Source of the DNA: an uncultured Lachnospira sp.
Lineage (GTDB): Bacteria > Bacillota > Clostridia > Lachnospirales > Lachnospiraceae
Reading direction: 5' to 3'
Assembly: GCA_937902625.1 (NCBI GenBank)
Contig: CALELX010000169.1
Coordinates: 1,829 to 65,828, forward strand
DNA length: 64,000 nucleotides
Each line of letters starts with the position of its first letter. Position 1 is the stretch's first letter. The position numbers and the translations under genes are program-made. The notes beneath the pieces are model-generated. The model made no database searches. It saw nothing but the letters and a program-made list of their open reading frames with translations, and was not told the origin of the DNA. Shown here one piece after another: positions 31,061 to 40,088 of the stretch.

Positions 31061-32623
31061 TTATCTGAATATTCTATTATTCTTTTTACCATACACGCAT
31101 ATAATAACACCTGCTGAAAGTACAGCAGCTGCTATCCATGCATAAACATCGGCTGCATCATAAGTCTTAACTGAAGATATGCTTTCTGATGCTGTAGATG
31201 CATTCTTCAAAGCTGCTTCACTGGCATCTGCTGCACCTGTATTATCCATGCCATCTTCTTTATCAGATATATCTGTATTATCTGCACCTGATGAGGAACC
31301 ATTGTCTGTGCTTACCTTTACAAGTGCTGCAATAGCTGCATTAAGATGTTGTGTTGCCTCTGCTACAGATGCTGCATTTTTAGGAGCTTTAAGCTCTTCC
31401 TGTGCTTCTGTTAATTCTGCCTGCATGATATCCCAGCTTTCCTTTGTGTAATCAGATTCATTAAGTGCCTTAGCTGCATTTATTGCTTCTGAAAGTTTAG
31501 TTGTATCAGCTTCTTCTTCATCCCCCATATAAAGACTATTCTTTTCTGTCTGGATATCAAAAGAATAGTCTTCATAACCTAATGCATATACTGTAACTGT
31601 CCAGTAACCTGTACCATCTGTTCCCTCTGGAAGCTGGCATCTGTAAGAATCTGTAAGACCTAACTGTATTCCATTAACCTTATGCATCCAGTTATCTGCT
31701 GCAAACTTTGTTCCAAATGTTGCAAGTGCATTAGTTCTTGTGCTGTCCTGACCATAATACGTCCACTTAACAGCCTGAAGATTAGCACCAAGGTCACCAT
31801 AGTTACCTGTAAGATCTACTCTTAAGAACTCACCATATGAACCTGTTATATTGCTTTCTGTATCTGTTGAACGAAGATTAACTGTGATATCTGCTGCCTT
31901 CTTTAAGCTGCTGTCCTTAACACCTGAAGCTGTACCATTAGCTCTTGCACCAAATGAATATGTTCCATCTGATGACTTAACAGCCTCCTTAAGTCCATTT
32001 GTATCTGCTGTAACCTCGGCAGTTTCTGTATATGCCTTGAGATTATTCTCTGTAAAGCCACCCTCAAGTGTTCCGCCATTCTCAACTACATTGTACTTTG
32101 ACTTAAAGTCTTCATAATCTGATGTCTTAACCTTAACTGGAACATACTTAAGTCCCTTGACTTCATAATGATCAAGAGTAACTACTGTCCCATCTGCAAG
32201 TGTAAGTGTCTTTGCCTTGCTGTTATATGTGCATTTTGAACCATCAGTAAGAACAAGCTTTACAAGCTTATCCTCGCTTGTCCAATAAGCAACATCATAC
32301 GTCTTTCCGTCTGTATCAAATATAACTGCTTCACACTGGAAACTACCTCTATGAAGTCCATGATTATATGTGGCTCTTGATACTGTATCAAAACCACCTT
32401 TATCATATTCACCATGATCATCCTTTACATCTGATGACTGTGTATTAGAAGCATTATAAACTCCCTCTGCATTCCAATACTCTTCCCAGCTAAGTCCTGC
32501 ATACACATATGTGTAATCTGTATCAGCCGCTTTAACCTGTGATACATTCTTTAATGCTGTACCACCGAATACTGTGCTGACAGCAAGTACTGCTGCCGCA
32601 AGTCCCATTCCCAACTTTCTCAT
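31061..32623 (-). CDS. Secreted/cell-wall-anchored protein with Tp47-like domains and a FIVAR-type repeat
   Basis: Signal peptide; YVYAGLSWEEYW...DTVSRAT and GSYGEFLRVDL...FAADNWMHK...GTDGTGYW..VYALGY resemble PBP-Tp47 a/c domains; DYTKESW FIVAR motif; VKTYD + TM + basic tail. Confidence 0.7.
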   Translation of the reverse strand: MRKLGMGLAAAVLAVSTVFGGTALKNVSQVKAADTDYTYVYAGLSWEEYWNAEGVYNASNTQSSDVKDDHGEYDKGGFDTVSRATYNHGLHRGSFQCEAVIFDTDGKTYDVAYWTSEDKLVKLVLTDGSKCTYNSKAKTLTLADGTVVTLDHYEVKGLKYVPVKVKTSDYEDFKSKYNVVENGGTLEGGFTENNLKAYTETAEVTADTNGLKEAVKSSDGTYSFGARANGTASGVKDSSLKKAADITVNLRSTDTESNITGSYGEFLRVDLTGNYGDLGANLQAVKWTYYGQDSTRTNALATFGTKFAADNWMHKVNGIQLGLTDSYRCQLPEGTDGTGYWTVTVYALGYEDYSFDIQTEKNSLYMGDEEEADTTKLSEAINAAKALNESDYTKESWDIMQAELTEAQEELKAPKNAASVAEATQHLNAAIAALVKVSTDNGSSSGADNTDISDKEDGMDNTGAADASEAALKNASTASESISSVKTYDAADVYAWIAAAVLSAGVIICVYGKKNNRIFR

Positions 32624-32750
32624 TGTGGATGTCCTCCTTATTGTATTTGATTTTGTTATAACATAATACATATGATGTCAGTGGCAAAAACCACCATCTT
32701 TCATGACTTCCATATGCAGAATGTATCATGTAACTATGCGGAAATAACCG

Positions 32751-33818
32751 CTATTTATCTACAATCTGAATACTTTTTTCAGATGTAAATGCATCTTTTA
32801 ATCCACTGCTTGCTACAAGCCTTCCATCTTCTGTATACAATATAAAGTCAAAGTCAAGGTCTGAGCTTCTCCAGTAAGCAACCGCCTTTTCTTCTCCCAT
32901 AATAAAAAGTGAAGTTGAAAGTGCATCGGCAAGTGTACCGTCACTGCTTACTATCGATACCGAGGTAAGTCCGCCATCAGCCGGCATTCCGTCTGACGGG
33001 TCTATGATGTGGTGGTATCTTACTCCATTTTCCTCAAAATATCTCTCATAACCACCGGATGTTATAACTGCCTTATCCTTAACGGATACAATACCTAGAT
33101 AAGTACCATCATTTAAAGGATTTTCAATGGCAACACGCCAGTTACTTCCATCGGTCTTACCACCAAGCACCTGTACATTGCCGCCAAGATTAACCATGCC
33201 GCTGTCTATGCCGCACTGTTTAAATATCTCACATACCCTGGATGAAGCATAACCTTTTGCTATACCGCCCAGGTCTATCTGACAGCCATCCTTAAGTGTC
33301 ACACTGTCAGACACAATAACATGCGAAATATCTGCCTTTGCCAACGCCGCCATAAGAGTATCTTTATCAGGCACTTTATAGCTGCCATCTGTAAAGCCCC
33401 ATTCTCTCATAACCGGATATATACTTATGTTAAATGCACCATTGGTACTTTTATATATATCAAGCGCCTTTTTTATAAGCACTTCTGTATCCTCTGAAAC
33501 CTTATATGAACCTGTTTCATTCAGTATACCTATCTCACTGTCGCTTTTTCCAGTTGACAAGAGTGCATCTAGTCTTTCTATCTCTTTTCTTGCCTCTGAT
33601 ACTGCCTTCTTTGCACTTTCATCATCGCCATAGGCAGTTACTGTCATATATGTATCCATGGCAAAGAAGCTGTCTGACTCCTGTGATATGCCGTTCTCTG
33701 CCGTCTTACTGTCTGTAGCTGTATTATTCAATGAAGTATTACAGCCTGTAAGAAACACTGCACTAAGTAGTACAGCCATTGCCATACATGCTATTCTTTT
33801 TTTTGCATATTTTCCCAT
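32751..33818 (-). CDS. apbE: FAD:protein FMN transferase lipoprotein
   Basis: Lipobox FLTGC; FAMDT, DLGGIAKGY, NLGGN, TSGGYERYF, YHHIIDP, ADALST. Confidence 0.95.
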   Translation of the reverse strand: MGKYAKKRIACMAMAVLLSAVFLTGCNTSLNNTATDSKTAENGISQESDSFFAMDTYMTVTAYGDDESAKKAVSEARKEIERLDALLSTGKSDSEIGILNETGSYKVSEDTEVLIKKALDIYKSTNGAFNISIYPVMREWGFTDGSYKVPDKDTLMAALAKADISHVIVSDSVTLKDGCQIDLGGIAKGYASSRVCEIFKQCGIDSGMVNLGGNVQVLGGKTDGSNWRVAIENPLNDGTYLGIVSVKDKAVITSGGYERYFEENGVRYHHIIDPSDGMPADGGLTSVSIVSSDGTLADALSTSLFIMGEEKAVAYWRSSDLDFDFILYTEDGRLVASSGLKDAFTSEKSIQIVDK

Positions 33819-33825
33819 AATTATT

Positions 33826-33882
33826 CCTCGTTACTGCGCTTTTTTTATTTTATCGTTAATCATGCCTTATGAAGGCGCAGAC
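33826..33882 (-). repeat. Degenerate copy (F) of the structured leader repeat, 5' of apbE
   Basis: GTCTGCGC and GCGCAGTAACGAGG separated by the same 35 nt as in copy A; SD 7 nt before ATG. Confidence 0.45.
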
Positions 33883-33925
33883 GATTTTTCCTTTTGCCAC
33901 TGGCATTACAATGTATATATAAATA

Positions 33926-35365
33926 TCAATTAATGGCACTATTAAATCCGGATATAATTGCCTTACTTGAATAAGTAGCACCGCTTACTGTATCTACGCC
34001 GCTGCTTCCCTGCGCACTTATAAGCTTTGATGGTATGACATCCGCTGCCATATTAAAATACATAAGGTCTGAGGCATCACTTGTTGCTGGTGTAGCAGTA
34101 ACCTGTGTGATAGTATCTGATGCTATAACAACCTGTACAGTTACCATATAGTTATATCTCTGGCACTTTACAGTAGCTGAATAAGTTCCATCTGCCTTGA
34201 ACTTTCTTTTAGCTTCTGTTGGTGTAACCTTTTCCTCATCTTTGCTGTCTGATGCATCAGAACCAGAATTGCCGCTGTCTGAGGTATCACTGTCTGAACT
34301 GCCAGCATCACTGACATTTACCGGCTGTGCATTATCAACCTGTGTATCTGCTGACTGTTCTTTATTATCAGTAGTTGTATCTTCCTTTTCTTTATCTGCC
34401 TCTGTTTCGGCTTTTGTACTATCGTTTTCCTTATCAGTGCTCTCCTGTGTCACTGCCTCTGTGCTTTTCTCAGTCTTATCCTGTTCTGTGAGCACTTTAT
34501 TATCATTATTATTCTGATTATTGTCTGTCAGTTGTGCATATACCTTGTCCTGCTCTGTATTATCATTATTATCTATGCCTGCAAAGCACATAAACATTGC
34601 ACCAACTATAACGATAAGTCCAGCTACAGTAAGACCCACCTTAAGGCTGACTGCATATACATTTTTCTTTTCATCACTACACGTTATTTTCTTAACTTTC
34701 TTAACAGCTGCCTTGTGTATTCTCATCATCGCATAATTAACGAATACAAGACTATATACAGCCACATTTATAGCATAATCAGACATCCCTCTTCTTGCGT
34801 AAGGAACATTGATAAGAAGTATGTGTACATATATAAGTCCATAGAATATGTAAGCTGTTCTCTGTAGCTTCTTCCACTTAACAGCATTCATCTTATTTCT
34901 TACCTGCGGAAATGATGTGACAGTAAGAATAAGCATTATTGTTATAAGAACAAGACTTATAACTGCCGCTGTCATCTGTGTAGCTGACAGGATATTTGGA
35001 CTTGTGAATAACATTCTGAAATATATTCTTCCATATGTCGCATTGTGGCATAACACAAGCACACAACCCATAATTGAAAGCTCACCACGTATTCTCATAA
35101 GTGTTTTGGTGGCTTTCCATGTATTTTTCATGGCACCTGCATACATTACAAGTACAAAAAATGCAGTACCTAAAGAGCCTTTAGCAAATATTCCGGCAAC
35201 ATAATCCCTTACCCAGCCTGTCATAGTCACATAGCTGCTGCACACAAATGCTGCTATGGATATTACTGCTGCTGTTATATAGAATATGTCCGGATACTTC
35301 TTTAAAAGCTCCTTAAATACTGCAACAAAAATTATTGCTATTATCAATGCAACTATAAATAACAT
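33926..35365 (-). CDS. Ferric-reductase-like transmembrane domain fused via acidic linker to a C-terminal FMN-binding (flavinylated) domain
   Basis: Multi-TM N-terminus with RGELSI, conserved His (LCHN, YVHI), WKKLQR; C-terminal VDTVSGATYSS flavinylation motif; start 35365 (GGAG SD) or 35377. Confidence 0.85.
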   Translation of the reverse strand: MLFIVALIIAIIFVAVFKELLKKYPDIFYITAAVISIAAFVCSSYVTMTGWVRDYVAGIFAKGSLGTAFFVLVMYAGAMKNTWKATKTLMRIRGELSIMGCVLVLCHNATYGRIYFRMLFTSPNILSATQMTAAVISLVLITIMLILTVTSFPQVRNKMNAVKWKKLQRTAYIFYGLIYVHILLINVPYARRGMSDYAINVAVYSLVFVNYAMMRIHKAAVKKVKKITCSDEKKNVYAVSLKVGLTVAGLIVIVGAMFMCFAGIDNNDNTEQDKVYAQLTDNNQNNNDNKVLTEQDKTEKSTEAVTQESTDKENDSTKAETEADKEKEDTTTDNKEQSADTQVDNAQPVNVSDAGSSDSDTSDSGNSGSDASDSKDEEKVTPTEAKRKFKADGTYSATVKCQRYNYMVTVQVVIASDTITQVTATPATSDASDLMYFNMAADVIPSKLISAQGSSGVDTVSGATYSSKAIISGFNSAIN

Positions 35366-35403
35366 AAAAGACTCCATTTCTGCAAAATTGTATTATACAT
35401 TGT

Positions 35404-35516
35404 TTTCCAAGTTGTTAACTCTTGTTAATCATAATTAACTATAGTTGCTTATAATTAACATTCGTTAGTCTTTTCTAACAAAACATATATTACTTTACAG
35501 TTGTTTATTATGTCAA
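35404..35516 (-). promoter_or_regulatory. Promoter followed by array of 16-bp palindromic operators at 20-bp period
   Basis: TTGACA at 35511-16; GTTAG-N6-CTAAC (35464), GTTGC-N6-TTAAC (35444), GTTAA-N6-TTAAC (35424), half-site ending 35419. Confidence 0.65.
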
Positions 35517-35542
35517 TATAGGCTATTGATAATAATATTCAA

Positions 35543-36001
35543 TTACTGCATTCCGTTCGCCATCTTATACTTATAAAGCATTTCGGCGTGATTTTGTTCT
35601 TCTATTTCTATATCTGCAAGTGCCTTTCTTATAGATGTTAAGGTGCATGCAAATACATTAGTATTGTATTCACCTGATACAAGTTTTTCTGTTCCTATGC
35701 TGTCTGTTGCAAGAAAACAGTCATTCTTTTTATCCTCTGAGTCTTCGCTCTTTGAATAATTGCCCTTAGGCTGATAGTCCTTTCCTGCCGTATCATTACA
35801 GTCACAGGATGGCACCTCACCATTTAACATCTGACCTATTGTTTTATAGTGCTCCTGCTCCTTTTTCTTAAGTTCCTCAAAAAGCTGCTTTAACTCCTCA
35901 TCCTTTGCGAGTCCTGCATACTTTTCATACTTGTCAATACAATTCTTCTCCTGTGTCTGAAGGTCCTTTAATACTGACATTTCTTTTTCCATCAACAACA
36001 T
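35543..36001 (-). CDS. Ferritin-like / spore coat-type protein
   Basis: Paired E...ExxH motifs (QEKNC...EQEH; TEK...EEQNH). Confidence 0.75.
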   Translation of the reverse strand: MLLMEKEMSVLKDLQTQEKNCIDKYEKYAGLAKDEELKQLFEELKKKEQEHYKTIGQMLNGEVPSCDCNDTAGKDYQPKGNYSKSEDSEDKKNDCFLATDSIGTEKLVSGEYNTNVFACTLTSIRKALADIEIEEQNHAEMLYKYKMANGMQ

Positions 36002-36182
36002 ACATATGCCTCTTTTCTTAATCTGCTTATTTGGGATGTGAATATCAGAAGTAAATTATGCTCTGATACCACACCTATTGATGCATTTGGATTGTTATAT
36101 TGCTTTCTGATATTAATCTGAAAATGCTATAAGCGCTCCGTTACATTATTAATACATTTGCAATACAACCAAAATACGTATG

Positions 36183-36212
36183 TATTATGTGCTGGTTTCG
36201 ATAATGATATAC
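36183..36212 (-). promoter_or_regulatory. Putative SigG-type forespore promoter
   Basis: GTATA-18-CATAATA on minus strand upstream of the ferritin-like gene. Confidence 0.5.
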
Positions 36213-36235
36213 CTCATATGTAACTATTACTTATT

Positions 36236-37261
36236 TTATAACGGCTTTCCGGCAAGCACTTCCTTATAATCCTTATAGTTGTCACGCAGAAGCTTCGGTG
36301 TATCAAGTCCGTATGGGCAGTGTGCCCTGCACTGTCCGCAGTTGATACAATCTTCTATCTTCTTCATCTTTGCCTGAACTGCCTCTGTAAGCTGCAGCTC
36401 TGATGGCGACCTTCTAAGAAGAAGTGACATTCTTGCACAGTTATTAATCTCAATATGTGCAGGGCATGTAGGCACACAATATCCACAACCACGACAGAAG
36501 TTACCCGCAAGCTCTTTCTTATCATTTTCAATAACTGCCTTTATCTCATCATCCATCACCGGTGGATTATCTATATAGCTTATAAACTCTTCAAGCTCAG
36601 ACATTCTCTGTATTCCCCATATTGGAAGAACATTATCATACTCAGCCTGATATGCATATGCCACCTTTGAATTAGTTATAAGTCCGCCTGAAAGTGCTTT
36701 CATTGCTATAAAGCCCATATTATGCTTTTTGCAATCTTCAACCAGCTTATGCTCTTTATCTGTTGCAAGATAATTAAATGGAAACTGTAATGTTTCATAA
36801 AGTCCTGACTCTATTGCTTCATTGGCAACATTAAGTCTGTGGTTAGTTATTCCGATATGTCTTATCTTTCCCTGTGCCTTTGCCTCACACATAGCTTCAT
36901 ACAAGCCGCTGCCATCACCCGGCTTTGGACAGACTGCCGGATTGTGGAACTGGTATATATCAATATAATCTGTCTTTAAGTTATTAAGACTTGTATTTAA
37001 GTCTTTCCAGAATTCATCCGCATTTTTGGCAGCAGTCTTCGTAGCTATGTATATATGCTCCCTGACATCGGAAAGTGCCTCACCTAACTTACATTCGCTG
37101 TCCGTATAAAATCTTGCTGTATCGTAGAAATCTATGCCAGCTTCATACGCTCTCCTTAATATATCCGCCGAACTTTCGTGGCTTATTCTTTGTATTGGAA
37201 GTGCTCCAAAACCATTTTTATTAACTGTTATTCCTGTGCTTCCTAGTGTTACTTTAACCAT
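36236..37261 (-). CDS. Aldo/keto reductase with C-terminal 4Fe-4S dicluster
   Basis: GFGALP, YDTARFY, DYIDIYQFH, CRGCGYC..C, CINCGQCRAHCP. Confidence 0.92.
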   Translation of the reverse strand: MVKVTLGSTGITVNKNGFGALPIQRISHESSADILRRAYEAGIDFYDTARFYTDSECKLGEALSDVREHIYIATKTAAKNADEFWKDLNTSLNNLKTDYIDIYQFHNPAVCPKPGDGSGLYEAMCEAKAQGKIRHIGITNHRLNVANEAIESGLYETLQFPFNYLATDKEHKLVEDCKKHNMGFIAMKALSGGLITNSKVAYAYQAEYDNVLPIWGIQRMSELEEFISYIDNPPVMDDEIKAVIENDKKELAGNFCRGCGYCVPTCPAHIEINNCARMSLLLRRSPSELQLTEAVQAKMKKIEDCINCGQCRAHCPYGLDTPKLLRDNYKDYKEVLAGKPL

Positions 37262-37268
37262 ATATTAT

Positions 37269-37360
37269 CCTCATTTCTGCGCACGTTTTTTGCGCATATC
37301 GAGTTTGTGTCAAGTGCGCGCAGACACAAATCTCGTGTGTGAAAAATTTATTTTTCACAC
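37269..37360 (-). repeat. Structured leader repeat copy A (most complete, three hairpins + SD)
   Basis: Minus strand: GTGTGAAAAA-TAAA-TTTTTCACAC, CGAGATTTGTGTC-loop-GACACAAACTCG, TGCGCA-AAAAACG-TGCGCA, GAAATGAGG-7nt-ATG. Confidence 0.85.
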
Positions 37361-37432
37361 TATCCGCCATTTCCAAATAATATTTATTTTACTATTTATA
37401 AATGTATCTGTCTATTTATTGTTATTTTTCAT

Positions 37433-37461
37433 TTGATAATACAACTTATATGTTGTATTCT
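37433..37461 (+). promoter_or_regulatory. Promoter with palindromic operator of decayed TA locus
   Basis: TTGATA-17-TATTCT overlapping AATACAAC-TTATAT-GTTGTATT (37438-37459). Confidence 0.6.
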
Positions 37462-37474
37462 GTAATTGAATATA

Positions 37475-37531
37475 ATAGTCCGTAAACGTGCAGCAGAACT
37501 AGGAAATTATTTAGGTAAGAAATTCATATAA
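37475..37531 (+). pseudogene. C-terminal remnant of a RelE/HigB-like toxin gene
   Basis: Reads IVRKRAAELGNYLGKKFI* with no start codon, ending at the antitoxin SD; resembles the C-terminus of Lachnospiraceae RelE/ParE-type toxins (recalled, not searched). Confidence 0.5.
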
Positions 37532-37543
37532 GGAGGTAGCAAA

Positions 37544-37843
37544 ATGCCATTTGCAGAAATAAATGTAAAAAATGAAATAGAAAAACAAAGACAAAATAAT
37601 CCAGAATTTAAAAAGGCATGGGATGAGTCCCGTGCCGAATACAGACTTATCGGTGAAATGATTTCTTTGAGAAAGAAAGAAAATATTACACAAAAAGAAT
37701 TAGCTGCTTTGACAGGAAATAAACAGCAGGTTATTTCACGGATTGAGAGAAAAGAAAGTATTCCAACAATACGTGCATTCAGCAATATGCTTGATGCCTT
37801 AGGATATGAATTGCAGATTGTGAAAAAGAAAAAGTCTATTTAA
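37544..37843 (+). CDS. XRE/HTH_3 protein, HigA-like antitoxin
   Basis: PEFKKAWDE, LRKKENITQKELA..TGNKQQVISRIE, PTI...LGYEL; AAGGAGG SD. Confidence 0.85.
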   Translation: MPFAEINVKNEIEKQRQNNPEFKKAWDESRAEYRLIGEMISLRKKENITQKELAALTGNKQQVISRIERKESIPTIRAFSNMLDALGYELQIVKKKKSI

Positions 37844-37941
37844 TATAATAGTGTGTAGTGTTTAAATAAAAATAACACCTAATGGAAAATAAATCTATTA
37901 AGCGTTATTTTTATACTAATTAAATTTTTCATTAAATATAA

Positions 37942-38160
37942 TTAACACTTTATAATAACATTTTCCGCAGATTTATCTATATAGACTCTATCCCCCACAT
38001 TTATATCTTTCTCATATAAATACGCATCTGCTACATCCAGTTTAATAATATCGCCATTCTCTGTCTCAAGTGTAACTTCATCAGTTATAACCTGTCCGTC
38101 CAAAAGACCTTCACATCCAAAGTCTGGCTCTTCTATATCTTTAACTGTATACTTTATCAT
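37942..38160 (-). CDS. Small hypothetical protein
   Basis: 72 aa, AGGAG SD, ATGA overlap with lysR stop; EEPDFGCEG motif. Confidence 0.65.
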   Translation of the reverse strand: MIKYTVKDIEEPDFGCEGLLDGQVITDEVTLETENGDIIKLDVADAYLYEKDINVGDRVYIDKSAENVIIKC

Positions 38161-39059
38161 ATTAAAACTCCTTTCTTTGTGCTCATTACATAATTCACAA
38201 AGTCCGATACCACTGGTGGCATATAAATACTGTTGTCTGTCACCATATATATACTTCTCTCATACTCCGGCTCTGCTATGTCAGCTATATCAAGCTTCAT
38301 CTGGTGAATAAGCGGTATATCTGCAATCACGGCTATTCCAAGCCCTGCCGCAACAAGTCCCGCTACCACTTCATCCTCCTCCGTTTCATATGCAATGTCC
38401 GGAAATGAACCACATTTGTTAAAAAGCTCATCAACCACACCTCTCATACCAGAGCTTTTATCAAAAAATATATATGGATACGAAAGTGTATCGACAAGCT
38501 TAATCTTACCATCACCGTCACACGCTGACATCACAGGATGACCTTCAGGCGCTATAAGTACAAGATTTTCCTGCATAACCTTCTTAGCTGTAAGTCCACA
38601 TTTCTCATCGGGACGTGAACAGAACAGAACATCATACTTCCTGTCAATCATTTTCTCAACAAGCCTGCCTGTCACATCCGTGTGGAAAGTGAACTGTATA
38701 TCACGCCCACTGTTCTTCTTCATATATTCAGTTACAAGCTCCGGAATATAATCGACACCCAGCGGCCTTAAGAATCCTAGTCTTATGATGCCATCTCCCC
38801 TTGCACTTTTCTTTATAGCCTCCACACCCTCATCAATCGTGCTTAATGTCTGCTTTGCATACACAAGAAACTCCTGCCCGAACCTTGTAAGCGTTGTATT
38901 TCTGCCACTACGCTCAAAAAGCGGAACACCAAGCTCTTTTTCAAGCTGGGCTATCGCATGCGAAAGACTTGGCTGCGTTATACATAATACATTAGCTGCC
39001 TTCGTATAATGCTTGTATTCTGCCAGTGTGACAAAGTACTTTATATAATATAAATTCAT
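38157..39059 (-). CDS. LysR family regulator
   Basis: YTKAANVLCITQPSLSHAIAQLEKELGVPLFER; start MNLYY at 39059. Confidence 0.93.
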   Translation of the reverse strand: MNLYYIKYFVTLAEYKHYTKAANVLCITQPSLSHAIAQLEKELGVPLFERSGRNTTLTRFGQEFLVYAKQTLSTIDEGVEAIKKSARGDGIIRLGFLRPLGVDYIPELVTEYMKKNSGRDIQFTFHTDVTGRLVEKMIDRKYDVLFCSRPDEKCGLTAKKVMQENLVLIAPEGHPVMSACDGDGKIKLVDTLSYPYIFFDKSSGMRGVVDELFNKCGSFPDIAYETEEDEVVAGLVAAGLGIAVIADIPLIHQMKLDIADIAEPEYERSIYMVTDNSIYMPPVVSDFVNYVMSTKKGVLI

Positions 39060-39066
39060 AATAATT

Positions 39067-39153
39067 CTCATTTCTGCGCACGTTTTTGAATATAACAGTT
39101 TTTGTCAGATGTGCGCATACACAAATACATCGTATGAAAATGCATTTTCACAC
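39067..39153 (-). repeat. Structured leader repeat copy B, 5' of lysR
   Basis: GTGTGAAAA-TGCA-TTTTCATAC ... TTTGTGTATGCGCAC ... AAAAACGTGCGCAGAAATGAG-7nt-ATG. Confidence 0.8.
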
Positions 39154-39164
39154 CAATTCATTTC

Positions 39165-39179
39165 ATAGACAAAATCTAT
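39165..39179. promoter_or_regulatory. Probable LysR recognition site
   Basis: ATAG-N7-CTAT (T-N11-A) between divergent lysR and membrane gene. Confidence 0.55.
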
Positions 39180-39369
39180 ACATTTATAAATATTATTTAT
39201 TTGTCTTATGAATAATATAAAACTAAACTAAGTAACTGTAATCTAAATGATGTCAGGGGGCAAAAGTTCTAAACCCGCATGAGCCCTCCCACAACATCAT
39301 CTAATATGTAAGTATCAAAACACATTTTCGCACTTACATAATCCAATAATTACGAATGGAGAAATAACA

Positions 39370-40083
39370 ATGAAAAACAACAATACTAACCAGACCAAAA
39401 ACACAGCAGACAAACCAGTATTCCGTGGAGAACTCGCACTATTCATAGCCGTCATAATAAACAGCTTCGGCGTTGTGCTTATGCTTCACTCCGGCTCCGG
39501 AATATCTGCCATATCCAGTGTTCCTTATGCATTTTCACTTGTGTTACCTAAGCTGTCGCTTGGAACATGGACTTATATATTTCAGGGAACTCTTATTCTT
39601 ACACTTATGATACTAAGGAAGAAATTCGTTCCATCTTACCTTTGCAGCTTCATAGTAGGCTTTGCATTTTCTGAACTGCTTGACGTACACAAGGCATGGA
39701 TAAATATACTTCCACAGACATTGCCTTTACAGATTATCTACTTTGTAGCAAGTTATCTGCTCCTCTGCATAGGAATTGCACTTTCAAACAGATGTAAGCT
39801 TCCTATCATACCAACAGACCTTTTCCCTAGAGAACTGTCTGCTATTACAAATGTCCGCTATTCACGTATCAAGATAAGCTTTGATGTAATATGCCTTTTT
39901 GTTACAGGATGTATGACATTCTTCTTTATAGGACATATCGATGGTCTTGGTATCGGAACTATACTCGCCGCCTTCACTATGGGAAAAGTTGTCGCTATTA
40001 TTGGAGATATACTCGATAAAAAATTCACATTTGAAACCTATAAAACTTTATCCGTTAAAAATGCGCAGGTTGTATCTGAGTAA
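39370..40083 (+). CDS. YczE/YitT-like (DUF6198) membrane protein
   Basis: Multiple TM helices, GISAISSVPY, KISFD, GLGIGTI; divergent from lysR. Confidence 0.8.
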   Translation: MKNNNTNQTKNTADKPVFRGELALFIAVIINSFGVVLMLHSGSGISAISSVPYAFSLVLPKLSLGTWTYIFQGTLILTLMILRKKFVPSYLCSFIVGFAFSELLDVHKAWINILPQTLPLQIIYFVASYLLLCIGIALSNRCKLPIIPTDLFPRELSAITNVRYSRIKISFDVICLFVTGCMTFFFIGHIDGLGIGTILAAFTMGKVVAIIGDILDKKFTFETYKTLSVKNAQVVSE

Positions 40084-40088
40084 AACAC

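Noticed and set aside
35366..35385. GCAGAAATGGAG before the ferric-reductase gene, and similar short SD contexts at 14080 and 42436, as extra leader copies
   Set aside because: Only the SD-proximal few bases match and the stems are absent or unconvincing.
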